Positions 48,965-59,710 of a stretch of DNA of 63,280 nucleotides are shown here, in pieces. Source of the stretch: an uncultured Candidatus Saccharibacteria bacterium (lineage in GTDB: Bacteria > Patescibacteriota > Minisyncoccia > Phycocordibacterales > CAYQYW01); NCBI GenBank assembly GCA_964421995.1, contig CAYQYW010000006.1, positions 1-63,280 of the forward strand. Reading direction: 5' to 3'. The notes beneath the pieces were generated by a model. That model did not search any database and was not told the origin of the DNA. It worked only from the letters and a program-made list of their open reading frames with translations. The translations under genes were made by a program, and so were the position numbers. Each line of letters opens with the position of its first letter. The first letter of the stretch is position 1.

Positions 48965-49756
48965 TTAGCGAATTTCATAGGTAATCGTAACGAATGAGGT
49001 GATTTTATTCTCTCCGGTAGGTATTTCAGGGGCGATACTGTCATCTGCTTCTTCGCTGTATACTACTGCCTTAAAATCATAATATCGTGGAGATTCTCCT
49101 CGTTCAGAAAATCCAACAATCCTCACCACCCGTACTCCTAAATCTCGTGCGAGTTCTTTTGCTTTTGCTTTTGCATCTAGAATGGCAAGGCCTCGAGCAT
49201 CTCGTACAAGAATATCCTCATCTTCGTTAGTGAAGGCAAGACCACTGATTTGACTAATACCAACATCTCCAATTCCCACAAGCAGATCCCCCGCTTTTGC
49301 AATATCACGTACTTTTACCTCAATACTCTGTCGTACTTCAAAACCAACAAGCTCTCTGTTGTCGACTGGGCAGCTAAACTCAGTACAAGGAATGTAATTG
49401 TATCGAGGATATACATTATATGATGTCGTTTTAATATCTTTGTCCTCAATCCCGTCGCCTCTCAAGAAACTAAGGGCATCATTAATTTTCTTTGTTGCAC
49501 TATCCTGTGCTTTTTTTGCTGTTTTCTTCTCTTCAATTACTAAAAAAGAAAATGTGGCGATATCAGGGACCACAAATACCTCTCCTTCACCAGAAACACT
49601 GATAGTGTTTGTTGCCGTAGTTCCTGCTCCAATGAAGCGATACTCTTTCATTGCTGAAACAGTGATTACGAGTAGGAACAACGAAAAGAGCGCGACAGAA
49701 ATCGTCACAAATTTCTGAAACGATCTGCTATGCATTAAGTGTGGATTATTTTCCAT
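48965..49756 (-). CDS. SIMPL/DUF541-domain exported protein
   Basis: 263 aa. N-terminal TM/signal segment, then ISVSGEGEVFVVPDIATFSF...AKKAQDSATKKINDALSFL, typical of SIMPL (26-kDa periplasmic immunogenic protein) domains. Confidence 0.7.
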   Translation of the reverse strand: MENNPHLMHSRSFQKFVTISVALFSLFLLVITVSAMKEYRFIGAGTTATNTISVSGEGEVFVVPDIATFSFLVIEEKKTAKKAQDSATKKINDALSFLRGDGIEDKDIKTTSYNVYPRYNYIPCTEFSCPVDNRELVGFEVRQSIEVKVRDIAKAGDLLVGIGDVGISQISGLAFTNEDEDILVRDARGLAILDAKAKAKELARDLGVRVVRIVGFSERGESPRYYDFKAVVYSEEADDSIAPEIPTGENKITSFVTITYEIR

Positions 49757-49799
49757 ATAGTTATAGTACGTTGTTAACGTGTTTAATTACACCACCCCT

Positions 49800-50555
49800 T
49801 TAGAGCAAATCTAAAATAGCGTCGTATTCAAACACTCTAAATATTTGGAATCCGTATTGCACTAACAAATTAAAATTATCTGTTAAAAGTAAAATTCCAA
49901 GTAAAATCAAGAAGATTCCGCCAATGGCTGATACCCAGACAAAATATTTCGTAACTGCACCAATATACTTGGTAGCACTAGAAAATAGAAATGCAATTGC
50001 AATAAATGGAACCGCGAGCCCTGCTGAAAATACCGCTAACAAAAAGGCTCCTTGCAGTGCAGTGCTCGACGTTGATGCAAGAAGAAGAATTGAGCCTAAG
50101 ATAGGACCAACACATGGCGTCCAGCCAAGTGCAAAAATCACTCCGATGATCATAGAGCTGGAAGTGGTTCCTACTTTAACAAAAGCAGGTAGTTTTATTT
50201 TTCGCTCTATCTGTAACGCTGGAATCTTGAAGATTCCTAACATCACAAGTCCAAATACAATTATGAACACCCCGCCTACTCTTGTAAGAATTGATTGGTA
50301 TGCCACCAAACCTTGCCCTAAGAACCCTGCAAGTGTTCCAAAGATTATGAAGACAATTGAGAAACCGATGACAAACGCAAAGCTATTTAAAATAATTTTC
50401 TTTCGAGCGCCTCGTGCTTTCTTTTTATCCTTCAAATCATCAGCAGACACCCCACTAATAAAGCCGAGGTACGCTGGTACCAAGGGTAATGTACAGGGTG
50501 CTAAAAAAGTTATAACTCCTGCAACAAAGGCAGATATTGCAAATCCGATCTCCAT
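49800..50555 (-). CDS. ccdA: CcdA/DsbD-family transmembrane thiol-disulfide electron transporter
   Basis: 251 aa and 6 TM helices. Both conserved membrane cysteines are present (FLAPCTLPLVP and GWTPCVGPILG). Confidence 0.85.
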   Translation of the reverse strand: MEIGFAISAFVAGVITFLAPCTLPLVPAYLGFISGVSADDLKDKKKARGARKKIILNSFAFVIGFSIVFIIFGTLAGFLGQGLVAYQSILTRVGGVFIIVFGLVMLGIFKIPALQIERKIKLPAFVKVGTTSSSMIIGVIFALGWTPCVGPILGSILLLASTSSTALQGAFLLAVFSAGLAVPFIAIAFLFSSATKYIGAVTKYFVWVSAIGGIFLILLGILLLTDNFNLLVQYGFQIFRVFEYDAILDLL

Positions 50556-51049
50556 TATTTCATTTGATTAATAATTTCCTTCATTTCTTCAAAGGTTAGT
50601 GGTCCTCTCTTATGTAGGAAAATGACGCCATTCTCATCGACAAAGAGCGTCTCGGGCATTGAAAAACCACCAATTGACTTATAGTACGAAGAATTCTCAT
50701 CTGCTAAAAAGGTCATTCTCTCAGATACACCGAGATCCGTAATATACTCTTTTGCAGTTTCTTCTTTCTCTCCCCTGTTTATTCCAATCACCACAATCTC
50801 AGGAAAGGCTTCTTGTAGCTTTGCAAAATCTGGTAACTCCTTCACACAGAAAGGACACCATGCAGCCCACACATTCACCACTTGAATCTTTCCAGAGAAA
50901 TCACTTGAAGAAATTACTTCGCCACTATAGTTTACTAGCGAGAAATTTGGCGCCAAATCATTTGTTACTGTTTGTGAGGTAACAACAAAGTACCCGCCTA
51001 TAGCAAAAAGTAAAATTAGTATAATTACGAGTACCTTATTCATTTTCAT
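50555..51049 (-). CDS. TlpA/ResA-like membrane-anchored thioredoxin-fold reductase
   Basis: 164 aa. N-terminal TM anchor and active site WAAWCPFC. Confidence 0.8.
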   Translation of the reverse strand: MKMNKVLVIILILLFAIGGYFVVTSQTVTNDLAPNFSLVNYSGEVISSSDFSGKIQVVNVWAAWCPFCVKELPDFAKLQEAFPEIVVIGINRGEKEETAKEYITDLGVSERMTFLADENSSYYKSIGGFSMPETLFVDENGVIFLHKRGPLTFEEMKEIINQMK

Positions 51050-51713
51050 TTATTGCTACTTGCACAATTGCTCTCACGTTTGCGTATGGAAGCTCTCCAC
51101 TGAATGGAAACACTTTTCCTGCTTCGTTTATTACAATAACGTATGGAGTTCCCCTTCCTCCTGAATCAACTGCGTTTTGTGCGTCTGCTGTAACTCTCGC
51201 TTCAAACTTTCTTGATGAAAGACACCTAGAAAAATCAGACTCTTTTATTCCAAGTTTGTTTGCAATACTAACGTACACATTATTTCCAAGTGGCCCCGCT
51301 GCAAACACTTCATCGGCGAAGCTCCAGAACGCATCATTTCCTCCTAAGTCTGCAACACACTCTGCAGCAAGAGCTGCAGGCTCTGCTTCAGCATGAATTG
51401 ATGTTAATGGAAAATGTCGATATACCCATTTAACATCATTTGGGAAATCTTCTACGATTCGTGCAAGTGTAGGATGTAGACGTGTGCAGAACGGACATTC
51501 AAAATCAGAGTATTCAATAATTGAAACAGGAGCATGTACGTCTCCTAGTATGTGATCATCTTCACTTACTGCTCGTACATTTTCTGCTACTCCTGAATTA
51601 TTATTACCAAAGTCTGTCGGAGCATGTACGTTTCCATCTTTTGTATAGAGCACCGAACCGGCGATTAACACTCCAGCTAATAGTACTGCTATAGGCATTC
51701 CATATTTTTCCAT
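51036..51713 (-). CDS. DsbA/BdbD-like thiol:disulfide oxidoreductase
   Basis: 225 aa. N-terminal TM anchor, active site FECPFC and a C-terminal GTPYVIV cis-Pro loop block. Confidence 0.8.
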   Translation of the reverse strand: MEKYGMPIAVLLAGVLIAGSVLYTKDGNVHAPTDFGNNNSGVAENVRAVSEDDHILGDVHAPVSIIEYSDFECPFCTRLHPTLARIVEDFPNDVKWVYRHFPLTSIHAEAEPAALAAECVADLGGNDAFWSFADEVFAAGPLGNNVYVSIANKLGIKESDFSRCLSSRKFEARVTADAQNAVDSGGRGTPYVIVINEAGKVFPFSGELPYANVRAIVQVAINENE

Positions 51714-51726
51714 TATATCTACTTTA

Positions 51727-52710
51727 TTATTTATATAATTCCGTCTCAGGGTGAACTGCTAGCCAAGAAAACCAGAATCCACTTATGTATTGTAATTGAT
51801 TTTCACCAATATACATAGCGACCTCACCTATGTCGCTCTTTTGTATTGTAATTACCTCCTCAGAAAAAGTATCTGTTGTTTCGCCGACTTTCAAAGCATC
51901 GCTGTGATACGCCTTATATCTCCCACCCACTTCTATTCCAAAGACAAAACCTTTTGGGTGTAGCCGGTCGTCATTGAACGTTGCACCGAAGGACACATTG
52001 TCACTTGTGTAGTACCCCTCATATGGATCAGTGCCGTAAGGTCTTGTGGCACCAGTATCTTTTGAGAGAACTACAGTGCTCGGATTTTTCTTCTTCCAAT
52101 CACCATATAAAACAGTGTTGGATGAAACAATATCTAGTTTAGTTCCTGTCTTTGGACCGAGTACCGCTTCCCCTAAAATTTGTGACCAGAGAGATTCTTC
52201 TTCTGATGATCGATCGTACATTAGTAAGTTTGATTGCCAGAGCTTTCCAGATACACCGAACTCCACTTCTCTACTAAACGCAATTCCTGTCTGACAAAGT
52301 GGGCAGTACGTAACTAATACAGGATCATCCGCAATGATGTCATTTACAATCTCGTGCCATACAAGTACTTGGTATGGGTAAAATCTATTTTCTCCTTTGT
52401 ATGAGATAGCAAGTCCCACATCGTTATCTTTCAGAAACTCATCCGCTTCTACAATATCAATAAATTTTGGCTCGTCGATTGATGGAATCCCATCTTTTCC
52501 TGGTCCTCCCGAAAGAATTTCATTCAATGGTATAGAATGTTTTACTCCATCTGTTTCTGATATTTCTCTATCAGTCATTACTTGTATTGTATCATCTTCT
52601 ACTAGTACTGTTTCTCCTTCTGGCAACTGGAATTGATCGTTTACAAAGGAGAAGACAAAAATTCCTGCTACTCCTATGAGAAAAACCACAATAATTAGAA
52701 CATATTTCAT
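51727..52710 (-). CDS. DUF3179-domain exported protein
   Basis: 327 aa. TM anchor followed by GKDGIPSIDEPKF, the hallmark opening of DUF3179. Confidence 0.65.
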   Translation of the reverse strand: MKYVLIIVVFLIGVAGIFVFSFVNDQFQLPEGETVLVEDDTIQVMTDREISETDGVKHSIPLNEILSGGPGKDGIPSIDEPKFIDIVEADEFLKDNDVGLAISYKGENRFYPYQVLVWHEIVNDIIADDPVLVTYCPLCQTGIAFSREVEFGVSGKLWQSNLLMYDRSSEEESLWSQILGEAVLGPKTGTKLDIVSSNTVLYGDWKKKNPSTVVLSKDTGATRPYGTDPYEGYYTSDNVSFGATFNDDRLHPKGFVFGIEVGGRYKAYHSDALKVGETTDTFSEEVITIQKSDIGEVAMYIGENQLQYISGFWFSWLAVHPETELYK

Positions 52711-52869
52711 AATATTTATAATACACCCATGTGGTAGTTTGGTGCTAATTTGTTGAATTTAAAATAAGCTAAGAGTAGAAAGTCCATATCAAATAGAAGT
52801 TTAAGATTCGTCAAAGATTAGTTCAAGAAACTATTGCACTTTAACACAATACACCTATATAATGAGAGC

Positions 52870-54342
52870 ATGTCAAACAAACACCACTGGCCGAATCAAT
52901 GGGTATTCATACTTGCAGCCATTGGATCTGCTGCGGGCCTTGGAAACCTCTGGCGTTTCCCCTTTCTTGCGTATGAACACGGTGGCGGTGCGTTTGTATT
53001 TGCAATCATTGTTGCAAACCTAGTAATCGGTATTCCTCTACTCCTCTTGGAAGTAGGTCTCGGACAAATGATGCAAAAAGGTGCAGCAGATGCATTTGGA
53101 GCTATAAAAAGAAATTTGAAATATCTTGGGTGGACTGCACTTACCTTAGGTTTTATGATACTCGCCTACTATATGGTTGTTGTGTCGTGGGGCATTAACT
53201 ATTTTGCATCTTCTTTCACTCTTGCGTGGGGAGAACACACTGGAGACTTCTTCTTCAAAGAACTACTACAGTTATCAGATGGTGTGGGTACTGTCGGCGG
53301 AATCTCCTTGCCAGTACTCGTAGGGCTTCTTGTTGCGTGGGCACTAGTATACTTCTCTGTATGGAAAGGAGTACTGAGCGTTAGCAAAGTAGTGGTCTGG
53401 ACGGCAACTATACCTTTTGTTATTCTTTTCCTCTTAATTATACGTGCCGTAACGCTCCCTGGATCAGCAGAAGGATTGGAGTTATTCTTCATACCAGAGT
53501 GGTCTATGTTAGGAAACCCAGACCTCTGGCTTGCAGCATTCTCTCAAGTATTTTTCAGCCTCTCCCTTGCTTCTGGTGTAATGATTGCATATGGATCATT
53601 GAAAAAAATGACGACAAACATCACTAAGAGCGTCATTTTTGTTGCTATCGGTAACTTTGCGATAAGTATTATGTCAGGAGTTGTTGTTTTTGGAACACTT
53701 GGATACATGGCCCTACAGAAAGGAGTCGCAGTGCCAGATGTCATTGCTGGAGGACCTTCTCTCCTCTTTGTCGTATTCCCTGAAGTAATCTCTCTCATGC
53801 CGGCATTCAATACCACCATTGCAGTACTTTTCTTTGGAATGCTCCTCATGCTTGCAATAGACAGCGCCTTCTCGCTTCTAGAAGCATTGTCAGTTTCAAT
53901 TCGCAACCGATTCCCCGCTGTAAGTACTAAAAAAATTACCTTTATTCTTGCTTCTATTGGCTTACTTTCCGGAATCATCTTTACTACCAAAGGAGGGCTC
54001 TACTACCTCGATATCGTTGATCATTTTATTGTCAGCTACGGACTCGTCGCTATTGGAATGCTTGAAGCAATCATCATCGGATGGGTCTATAAAGGAAATG
54101 TAATAAAGAACTTTATCAACAACGTGTCTGATTGGAAGCTAGGACTTTGGTTTGATTTATCAATTAAATTTATTATTCCCATTTTTCTTGGAGGATTACT
54201 CATACTAAACATTGTTAATGAATTAAAAGTACCCTACGAAGACTATCCTATACATGCATTGCTTTACATCGGCCTTCTCCCTATACTACTAGCACCACTA
54301 ATCGGCATGGCAATAGACAAATTTACAACAAACAATGGTTGA
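52870..54342 (+). CDS. Sodium-dependent transporter, NSS (SNF) family
   Basis: About 490 aa from the ATG at 52870. Hallmark GSAAGLGNLWRFPFLAYEHGGGAF and 11-12 TM helices. The track ORF starts at TTG 52834. Confidence 0.9.
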   Translation: MSNKHHWPNQWVFILAAIGSAAGLGNLWRFPFLAYEHGGGAFVFAIIVANLVIGIPLLLLEVGLGQMMQKGAADAFGAIKRNLKYLGWTALTLGFMILAYYMVVVSWGINYFASSFTLAWGEHTGDFFFKELLQLSDGVGTVGGISLPVLVGLLVAWALVYFSVWKGVLSVSKVVVWTATIPFVILFLLIIRAVTLPGSAEGLELFFIPEWSMLGNPDLWLAAFSQVFFSLSLASGVMIAYGSLKKMTTNITKSVIFVAIGNFAISIMSGVVVFGTLGYMALQKGVAVPDVIAGGPSLLFVVFPEVISLMPAFNTTIAVLFFGMLLMLAIDSAFSLLEALSVSIRNRFPAVSTKKITFILASIGLLSGIIFTTKGGLYYLDIVDHFIVSYGLVAIGMLEAIIIGWVYKGNVIKNFINNVSDWKLGLWFDLSIKFIIPIFLGGLLILNIVNELKVPYEDYPIHALLYIGLLPILLAPLIGMAIDKFTTNNG

Positions 54343-55084
54343 AATATATGCAATAGCAAGTGTACTCGGCATTAGCCTCACTTCTTTAGTTGGAGTTATT
54401 GCGCTGTCTATTAAAAAAAAATTGCTAGATAAAATACTGTTTGTCTTAATTGGAATCGCCGTTGGTGCTTTTTTTGGAGATGCGCTCATACACCTCATAC
54501 CAGAATCTTTCAGTAAATTAAATAGGGTAGAGGGGCCGTTCTATGTACTCCTTGGAATTGTGATTTTCTTTTCTCTTGAGAAATTCCTCAGATGGCAGCA
54601 CACTCATGACACCCACATAGAGGATCACGATACGTGTGTCCATCCAATAGGACCAATGGTAATCTTCTCAGACGGAATTCATAACGCAATAGACGGTATG
54701 ATCATTGCAGCGAGCTACATGATTAGCATTGAAGTTGGAATCGTCACCACGATTGCTGTTGTGCTTCACGAAATCCCTCAAGAAATTAGCGACTTTGCCT
54801 TACTCTTACACGCCGGATACTCAAAAGCAAAAGCAATTTTATTTAACTTCCTATCGTCTTCAGTTTCTATTCTCAGTGCGATACTTACCTTATTTGTACT
54901 TAACACCGCTGAAAATATTCTTCCAGCAATGACTGCGTTTGCTGCTGGAGGGTTTCTCTACATTGCAGGATCTGATTTAGTTCCAGAGCTACACAAAAGA
55001 AAAAAGATGCGTGACTCATTCATTCAATTGCTTTCAATACTTGTTGGTATTGGTATTATGTTTGCGTTGTTGCTCTTAGATTAG
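54335..55084 (+). CDS. ZIP-family divalent metal transporter (ZupT-like)
   Basis: 249 aa and about 8 TM helices. Metal-site blocks HNAIDGM and [13 protein letters not shown]. Confidence 0.8.
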   Translation: MVEIYAIASVLGISLTSLVGVIALSIKKKLLDKILFVLIGIAVGAFFGDALIHLIPESFSKLNRVEGPFYVLLGIVIFFSLEKFLRWQHTHDTHIEDHDTCVHPIGPMVIFSDGIHNAIDGMIIAASYMISIEVGIVTTIAVVLHEIPQEISDFALLLHAGYSKAKAILFNFLSSSVSILSAILTLFVLNTAENILPAMTAFAAGGFLYIAGSDLVPELHKRKKMRDSFIQLLSILVGIGIMFALLLLD

Positions 55085-56487
55085 TACCGATAATGATCCG
55101 GTTTGTATGGACCATCCACTGGAACACCAATGTAATCAGCTTGATCTTTGGTCAATTTCGTCATCTTCACTCCAATCTTATCAAGATGAAGCCGCGCAAC
55201 TTCTTCGTCAAGAATTTTTGGAAGCGTATACACACCTACTTCGTAGTTATTTTTCCATAGTTCAATCTGTGCCAGCACTTGGTTGGTAAAACTCGTACTC
55301 ATTACAAAACTTGGATGTCCGGTTGCACAACCCAAGTTTACTAGTCTTCCCTCTGCAAGAAGGTAGATCTCATTTCCATTCTGGAACTTGTAGCGATCCA
55401 CTTGCGGTTTGATATTTAATTTTTCAACGCCTTCCGCGTTATTTAGTTCAGCAACTTGAATCTCAGAATCAAAGTGTCCGATATTGCATACAATCGCCTG
55501 ATCCTTCATCTTCTCTATATGTTCAAGACGAATAATATCTTTATTCCCTGTTGTGGTGATGTAGATGTCTGCCACCCCAAGTGTGTCTTCTATAGGGGCA
55601 ACTTCGTACCCTTCCATTGCAGCTTGTAGTGCACATATTGGGTCTATTTCAGTAACAATTACACGCGCACCAAAACCGCTCATTGACTGAGCAGACCCCT
55701 TGCCCACGTCTCCATATCCACACACAACAACTACCTTACCGGCGATCATGACATCAGTCGCTCGTTTAATTCCGTCCGCTAATGACTCTCGTGATCCATA
55801 GAGATTATCAAATTTAGATTTGGTTACGGAATCATTTACATTAATTGCAGGAAAGAGTAATTCTCCTTTCTCTTTCATCATAAGTAATCGGTGTACTCCT
55901 GTTGTGGTTTCCTCTGATATCCCCTTCAGTCCTTCTGCAACCTTCGTCCAGCGAGTTGGATTCTTTTCATATTCAACCTTCAACATCTTCATCATTGCAA
56001 TCTCATCGGGTGATTCATTACTATAGTCTTTCTCTAGTAGTGAGGGATCTTTTTCTATATTCACTCCTATATGTATTAAAATCGTTGCGTCACTACCATC
56101 ATCCACTATTAGCTGTGGTCCAACACCATCTCCAAAATCAAGTGCTCGTTGCGTGTAGTCCCAATACTCATCAAGCGTTTCTCCTTTGTAGGCAAACACC
56201 GGAACACCTGTCTCAGCAATCGCTGCCGCAGCCGAATCTTGTGTAGAAAAAATATTACAGCTTGCCCATCGAACATTCGCTCCTAGTTCGGTGAGCGTTT
56301 CAATTAATACCCCTGTTTGGACTGTCATATGCAAACTCCCCGTAATCCTTACATCCTTAAGTGGTTTTTCTTTGCCATGCTTTTCTCGTAAAGACATGAG
56401 ACCTGGCATTTCTTCTTCTGCAATATCGATCTCCTTTCTCCCGAACGCAGCTAATGTTATATCTGCTATTGTATATTCACCATTCAT
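55081..56487 (-). CDS. ahcY: Adenosylhomocysteinase
   Basis: 468 aa. NAD-binding block [12 protein letters not shown] and the HPSFVMS block. Confidence 0.95.
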   Translation of the reverse strand: MNGEYTIADITLAAFGRKEIDIAEEEMPGLMSLREKHGKEKPLKDVRITGSLHMTVQTGVLIETLTELGANVRWASCNIFSTQDSAAAAIAETGVPVFAYKGETLDEYWDYTQRALDFGDGVGPQLIVDDGSDATILIHIGVNIEKDPSLLEKDYSNESPDEIAMMKMLKVEYEKNPTRWTKVAEGLKGISEETTTGVHRLLMMKEKGELLFPAINVNDSVTKSKFDNLYGSRESLADGIKRATDVMIAGKVVVVCGYGDVGKGSAQSMSGFGARVIVTEIDPICALQAAMEGYEVAPIEDTLGVADIYITTTGNKDIIRLEHIEKMKDQAIVCNIGHFDSEIQVAELNNAEGVEKLNIKPQVDRYKFQNGNEIYLLAEGRLVNLGCATGHPSFVMSTSFTNQVLAQIELWKNNYEVGVYTLPKILDEEVARLHLDKIGVKMTKLTKDQADYIGVPVDGPYKPDHYRY

Positions 56488-57425
56488 ATTCCTATAGTAT
56501 ACCCATAGGTGTTCGTAAACCTATTGTTAAATTCTTCGATAGTGAACATATGATTCTGTGCACCAGAGTGCTCTACTCCATACACCCCTGCAATACTCCC
56601 AATCTCTCCACATTCTTTCAAAGAAAATCCCTTTGAGTATGCGTAGAAAAATCCTGATCGATATGCATCCCCTGCCCCTGTTGGGTCAACAACTTCCTTC
56701 GGCTCTGCAGCGAAGACGTTGATTTTCCCTTCAGCAGAAATAATCTCCGAACCTTTTTCGCCAAGCGTGGTAATCAACACATCAACCTTCCTAATGAGTT
56801 CTTCTTTACTCCACCCTGTTTTATCAAGGGTCATGTGAAACTCGTACTCATTTGATATAAAGAAAAATGCCTTTTCAATTGCCTCTCGCATATTACTTAG
56901 AGTATGTGCGCTAATTACCTGCCCCGGATCAAATACAAACGGAATATTTTTTTCTGCGCACTCACGTACATGCTTCATCATTACCTCAGGATGAGCAGGT
57001 GAAATGATTACCAGTGGTGGATTAGGTTCCTCCTTAAATAAATCTACTTTCATAGCACAAAGTCCAACACCCGTATGAAATGAGGTTATCTGATTACCGT
57101 CCAAGTCAGTAGTGATGTGAGCAGAAGGAGTGTAATCATCTTCAAATACTCCAATACCGTTGATGGTAATGTCATTTTTTTGTAGATGTTCAATGTATTC
57201 TTCGTTGTCTTTCCCAAGCGCAGAAACAATAACCGGATCTCCTCCCAACAATTTAACAGTGTATGCAATATTTCCAGCAGTTCCTCCGAAATTCTTCTGA
57301 AGCGTAGCAATATTAAAAGATACATTCAGCATGTGTATCTTGTCAGGCAGGATGTGTTCCTTAAACTTTCCAGGAAAAGTCATTATGTAGTCATGTGCGA
57401 GTGAACCTGAAAGTATGATAGCCAT
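56484..57425 (-). CDS. PfkB-family carbohydrate/adenosine kinase
   Basis: 313 aa. [10 protein letters not shown]-terminal motif and the C-terminal [13 protein letters not shown] anion-hole motif. It overlaps the ahcY start by 4 nt. Confidence 0.8.
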   Translation of the reverse strand: MAIILSGSLAHDYIMTFPGKFKEHILPDKIHMLNVSFNIATLQKNFGGTAGNIAYTVKLLGGDPVIVSALGKDNEEYIEHLQKNDITINGIGVFEDDYTPSAHITTDLDGNQITSFHTGVGLCAMKVDLFKEEPNPPLVIISPAHPEVMMKHVRECAEKNIPFVFDPGQVISAHTLSNMREAIEKAFFFISNEYEFHMTLDKTGWSKEELIRKVDVLITTLGEKGSEIISAEGKINVFAAEPKEVVDPTGAGDAYRSGFFYAYSKGFSLKECGEIGSIAGVYGVEHSGAQNHMFTIEEFNNRFTNTYGYTIGI

Positions 57426-57657
57426 ATTATGTTTCAGATACTAACACAGAATCAATTACTATATTGTGTACCGGTAAAATTTCCGTACGCTAACTACTAT
57501 TTCTTTGACTCTTTTGGTGACTGCTGCTCAGTAGAAAGACGGGCGGGCTGCTTTTGTCTAAAGGTTTTCTTCAATAAAACACTTTTTGGAACTTGTTCTT
57601 TAAAAAAACTTTTAGGCAAAAGACTTTTTAGTATCTTTTTCATATATATTCAGTATA

Positions 57658-58653
57658 CTACGTACTATTTTTAGTTCTAGCAAACCTTCTCATATCATTG
57701 TGTACATCAACTTCATCAACGATCTCCTCACCGATAATCTCTTCGAGAATATCCTCAAGAGTAATAATCCCCGTAACCTCAGAGAATTCATTACGAACAA
57801 CAAAAAGATGATTATGGGTATGCAAGAATTTTTCTAAGATAATATCTAGATTTTTATCTTGGTTGATAAAAAATACATTCATATTCGTAAACTCCCTAAC
57901 CTTTTTACCAAAAACATCTCCCCCTATTAATTGTTTTACATATAGAATACCGACGATATTATCTCGGTTTCCCTCATACACTGGAACACGTGAGTTTCCC
58001 GCCCACTTTAATTTTTGAATAACCTCAGTAGTAATTTCTTCATCTGCTTGTAGCGTATTCATCACGGTTCTTGGTGTCATCACGTCAAGAACAATTTTGT
58101 TAGAAAAGCTAAGAGCTCCTTTCACAATCTTCTCTTCCTCTTCACTCACATCACTTCCTTTATGATCTTCATGTTCCTCAATAATTTTCATCAACTCCTG
58201 TTTAGAATAAATTGTTGGAAGCTCTTCTCCGAGCACCTTGTCTAATAACATAGAAATAGGTTTTGCTATGGGGAACAGTATGAAAATAAATATCTTTACC
58301 AACCATGCAGTCTTTGACCCAAGATACAGTGCAAAGCGAGAAAAGATTGCTTGAGGAGTAATCTCACCAAAAATCACAATGAGAGATGTTGCAATAACTC
58401 CCGCCGCAATGCCTGAGGTAACTGATCCTAGAAAAATAGAAAGTGCAGCGTTCACCGCAACATTTCCGATAAGGAGTGTTGTGAGGAGTAGGTTTCCCTT
58501 CTTTCGCACTTCATACACCGTAATTGCCTGTTTATTTCCAAGGGAGACTTTTCTTTTTAGCTCCTGCTTGTTGAGCCCCATGAGTCCAAGCGTCAAACCT
58601 GAAAACAGAGCGGAAAATACAATCAATGCTACTACAATAAAATAATCTATCAT
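57658..58653 (-). CDS. CNNM/DUF21 membrane protein with a CBS pair (HlyC/CorC-like, no CorC C-terminal domain)
   Basis: 331 aa. A 4-TM DUF21 N-terminus followed by two CBS motifs. Confidence 0.75.
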   Translation of the reverse strand: MIDYFIVVALIVFSALFSGLTLGLMGLNKQELKRKVSLGNKQAITVYEVRKKGNLLLTTLLIGNVAVNAALSIFLGSVTSGIAAGVIATSLIVIFGEITPQAIFSRFALYLGSKTAWLVKIFIFILFPIAKPISMLLDKVLGEELPTIYSKQELMKIIEEHEDHKGSDVSEEEEKIVKGALSFSNKIVLDVMTPRTVMNTLQADEEITTEVIQKLKWAGNSRVPVYEGNRDNIVGILYVKQLIGGDVFGKKVREFTNMNVFFINQDKNLDIILEKFLHTHNHLFVVRNEFSEVTGIITLEDILEEIIGEEIVDEVDVHNDMRRFARTKNST

Positions 58654-58669
58654 TTATTCAGATATTGTA

Positions 58670-59710
58670 TCACTTTATTCCTGACTGCAAAGCAACTGGA
58701 GTATCTACCGGAATCACCGTGAAAGTGGCTCTCCCCACCACCTGACCTCGCTCGGTGATCACATCAACCCGCCATTTGCCAGGAAGTACGTTGTTTTTGT
58801 ATGAGTATCCTCGATAGCCCTCTCCTCTTCCTCCAATAATCGGTATGAAGAACTTGTTTATGGTGATCCAATGACCATCGTAGTACTGCCAGTGATGATA
58901 GATATCGGTTTTCAAGTCAGTTGGCGCAAACACCGCGCTATAGAAATAGACTGGTTTGTCAGTTGAATGAAACACATCGTTATATCGCTTATAAAACTGG
59001 TACCACTCTCTATCTTCAAAAGTTACCGTGTAGTCTCCATTCATTCTTTCTACCGAGTGATACACACCAACGTCTTTCAATGAAAGCGGTATTGGAGGAA
59101 TGATGTTGGTGAAATATAGAATATTAAACACTACAAAAATTGAAAGCACGGTCCGTACAAGTACTTTCTTTCCGTTTTCTATTTTCCTTGAGACCACTAA
59201 AGAAAGTAATTTGATAAACAACCAAATTGCGATGAGGCTTATCACCCCACTAAGGACAAACACCCATGCTCCTATTGAATTCACCAAGATCGGTACATAG
59301 AAAATAGAAAAAGAAAACAGCGCAGCAAAGAACACTCCAACCTGGAGACTTAGTCGTGAATACCTACCTTTAGACAGTTCATTGCCAACTAAGAACAGGA
59401 TAATGAGAATGACAAAGATCCAGCTAGATTCCGGTGACGCGCTTCTGCTATAGAACACAAAGTATCCGCTGAAGAGTCCTCCGAACGCGAACTGTATCGC
59501 TAGTGGAAAATAACTGTGCCCCCATCCGCGAGATTCAAACAAGTTAAACAAAAATATACCAAGTCCAGCAACCAGCAAGTAGGTAAACAATACAATATTA
59601 TCAAACAGCTGATCGATTCTTGTTAAGGTAAAATTATCAATAACAAACCCGAGTAAAAATGCTCCGGATGATATATGGCGTTCGTATTTAGTATAAAATT
59701 CTTTAATCAC
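58670..59710 (-). CDS. Polytopic membrane protein with a DUF2914-like C-terminal domain
   Basis: 346 aa and about 7 TM helices. The C-terminal beta domain ends PGKWRVDVITERGQVVGRATFTV. Confidence 0.55.
   Translation of the reverse strand: MIKEFYTKYERHISSGAFLLGFVIDNFTLTRIDQLFDNIVLFTYLLVAGLGIFLFNLFESRGWGHSYFPLAIQFAFGGLFSGYFVFYSRSASPESSWIFVILIILFLVGNELSKGRYSRLSLQVGVFFAALFSFSIFYVPILVNSIGAWVFVLSGVISLIAIWLFIKLLSLVVSRKIENGKKVLVRTVLSIFVVFNILYFTNIIPPIPLSLKDVGVYHSVERMNGDYTVTFEDREWYQFYKRYNDVFHSTDKPVYFYSAVFAPTDLKTDIYHHWQYYDGHWITINKFFIPIIGGRGEGYRGYSYKNNVLPGKWRVDVITERGQVVGRATFTVIPVDTPVALQSGIK

Noticed and set aside
49924-50571. A 215-aa plus-strand ORF antisense to ccdA. Similar antisense ORFs occur at 53544-53990 (NSS gene), 38004-38519, 5192-5617 and 25861-26226.
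   Set aside because: Each is fully contained in a well-supported conserved gene on the other strand, and their translations have no recognisable motifs.
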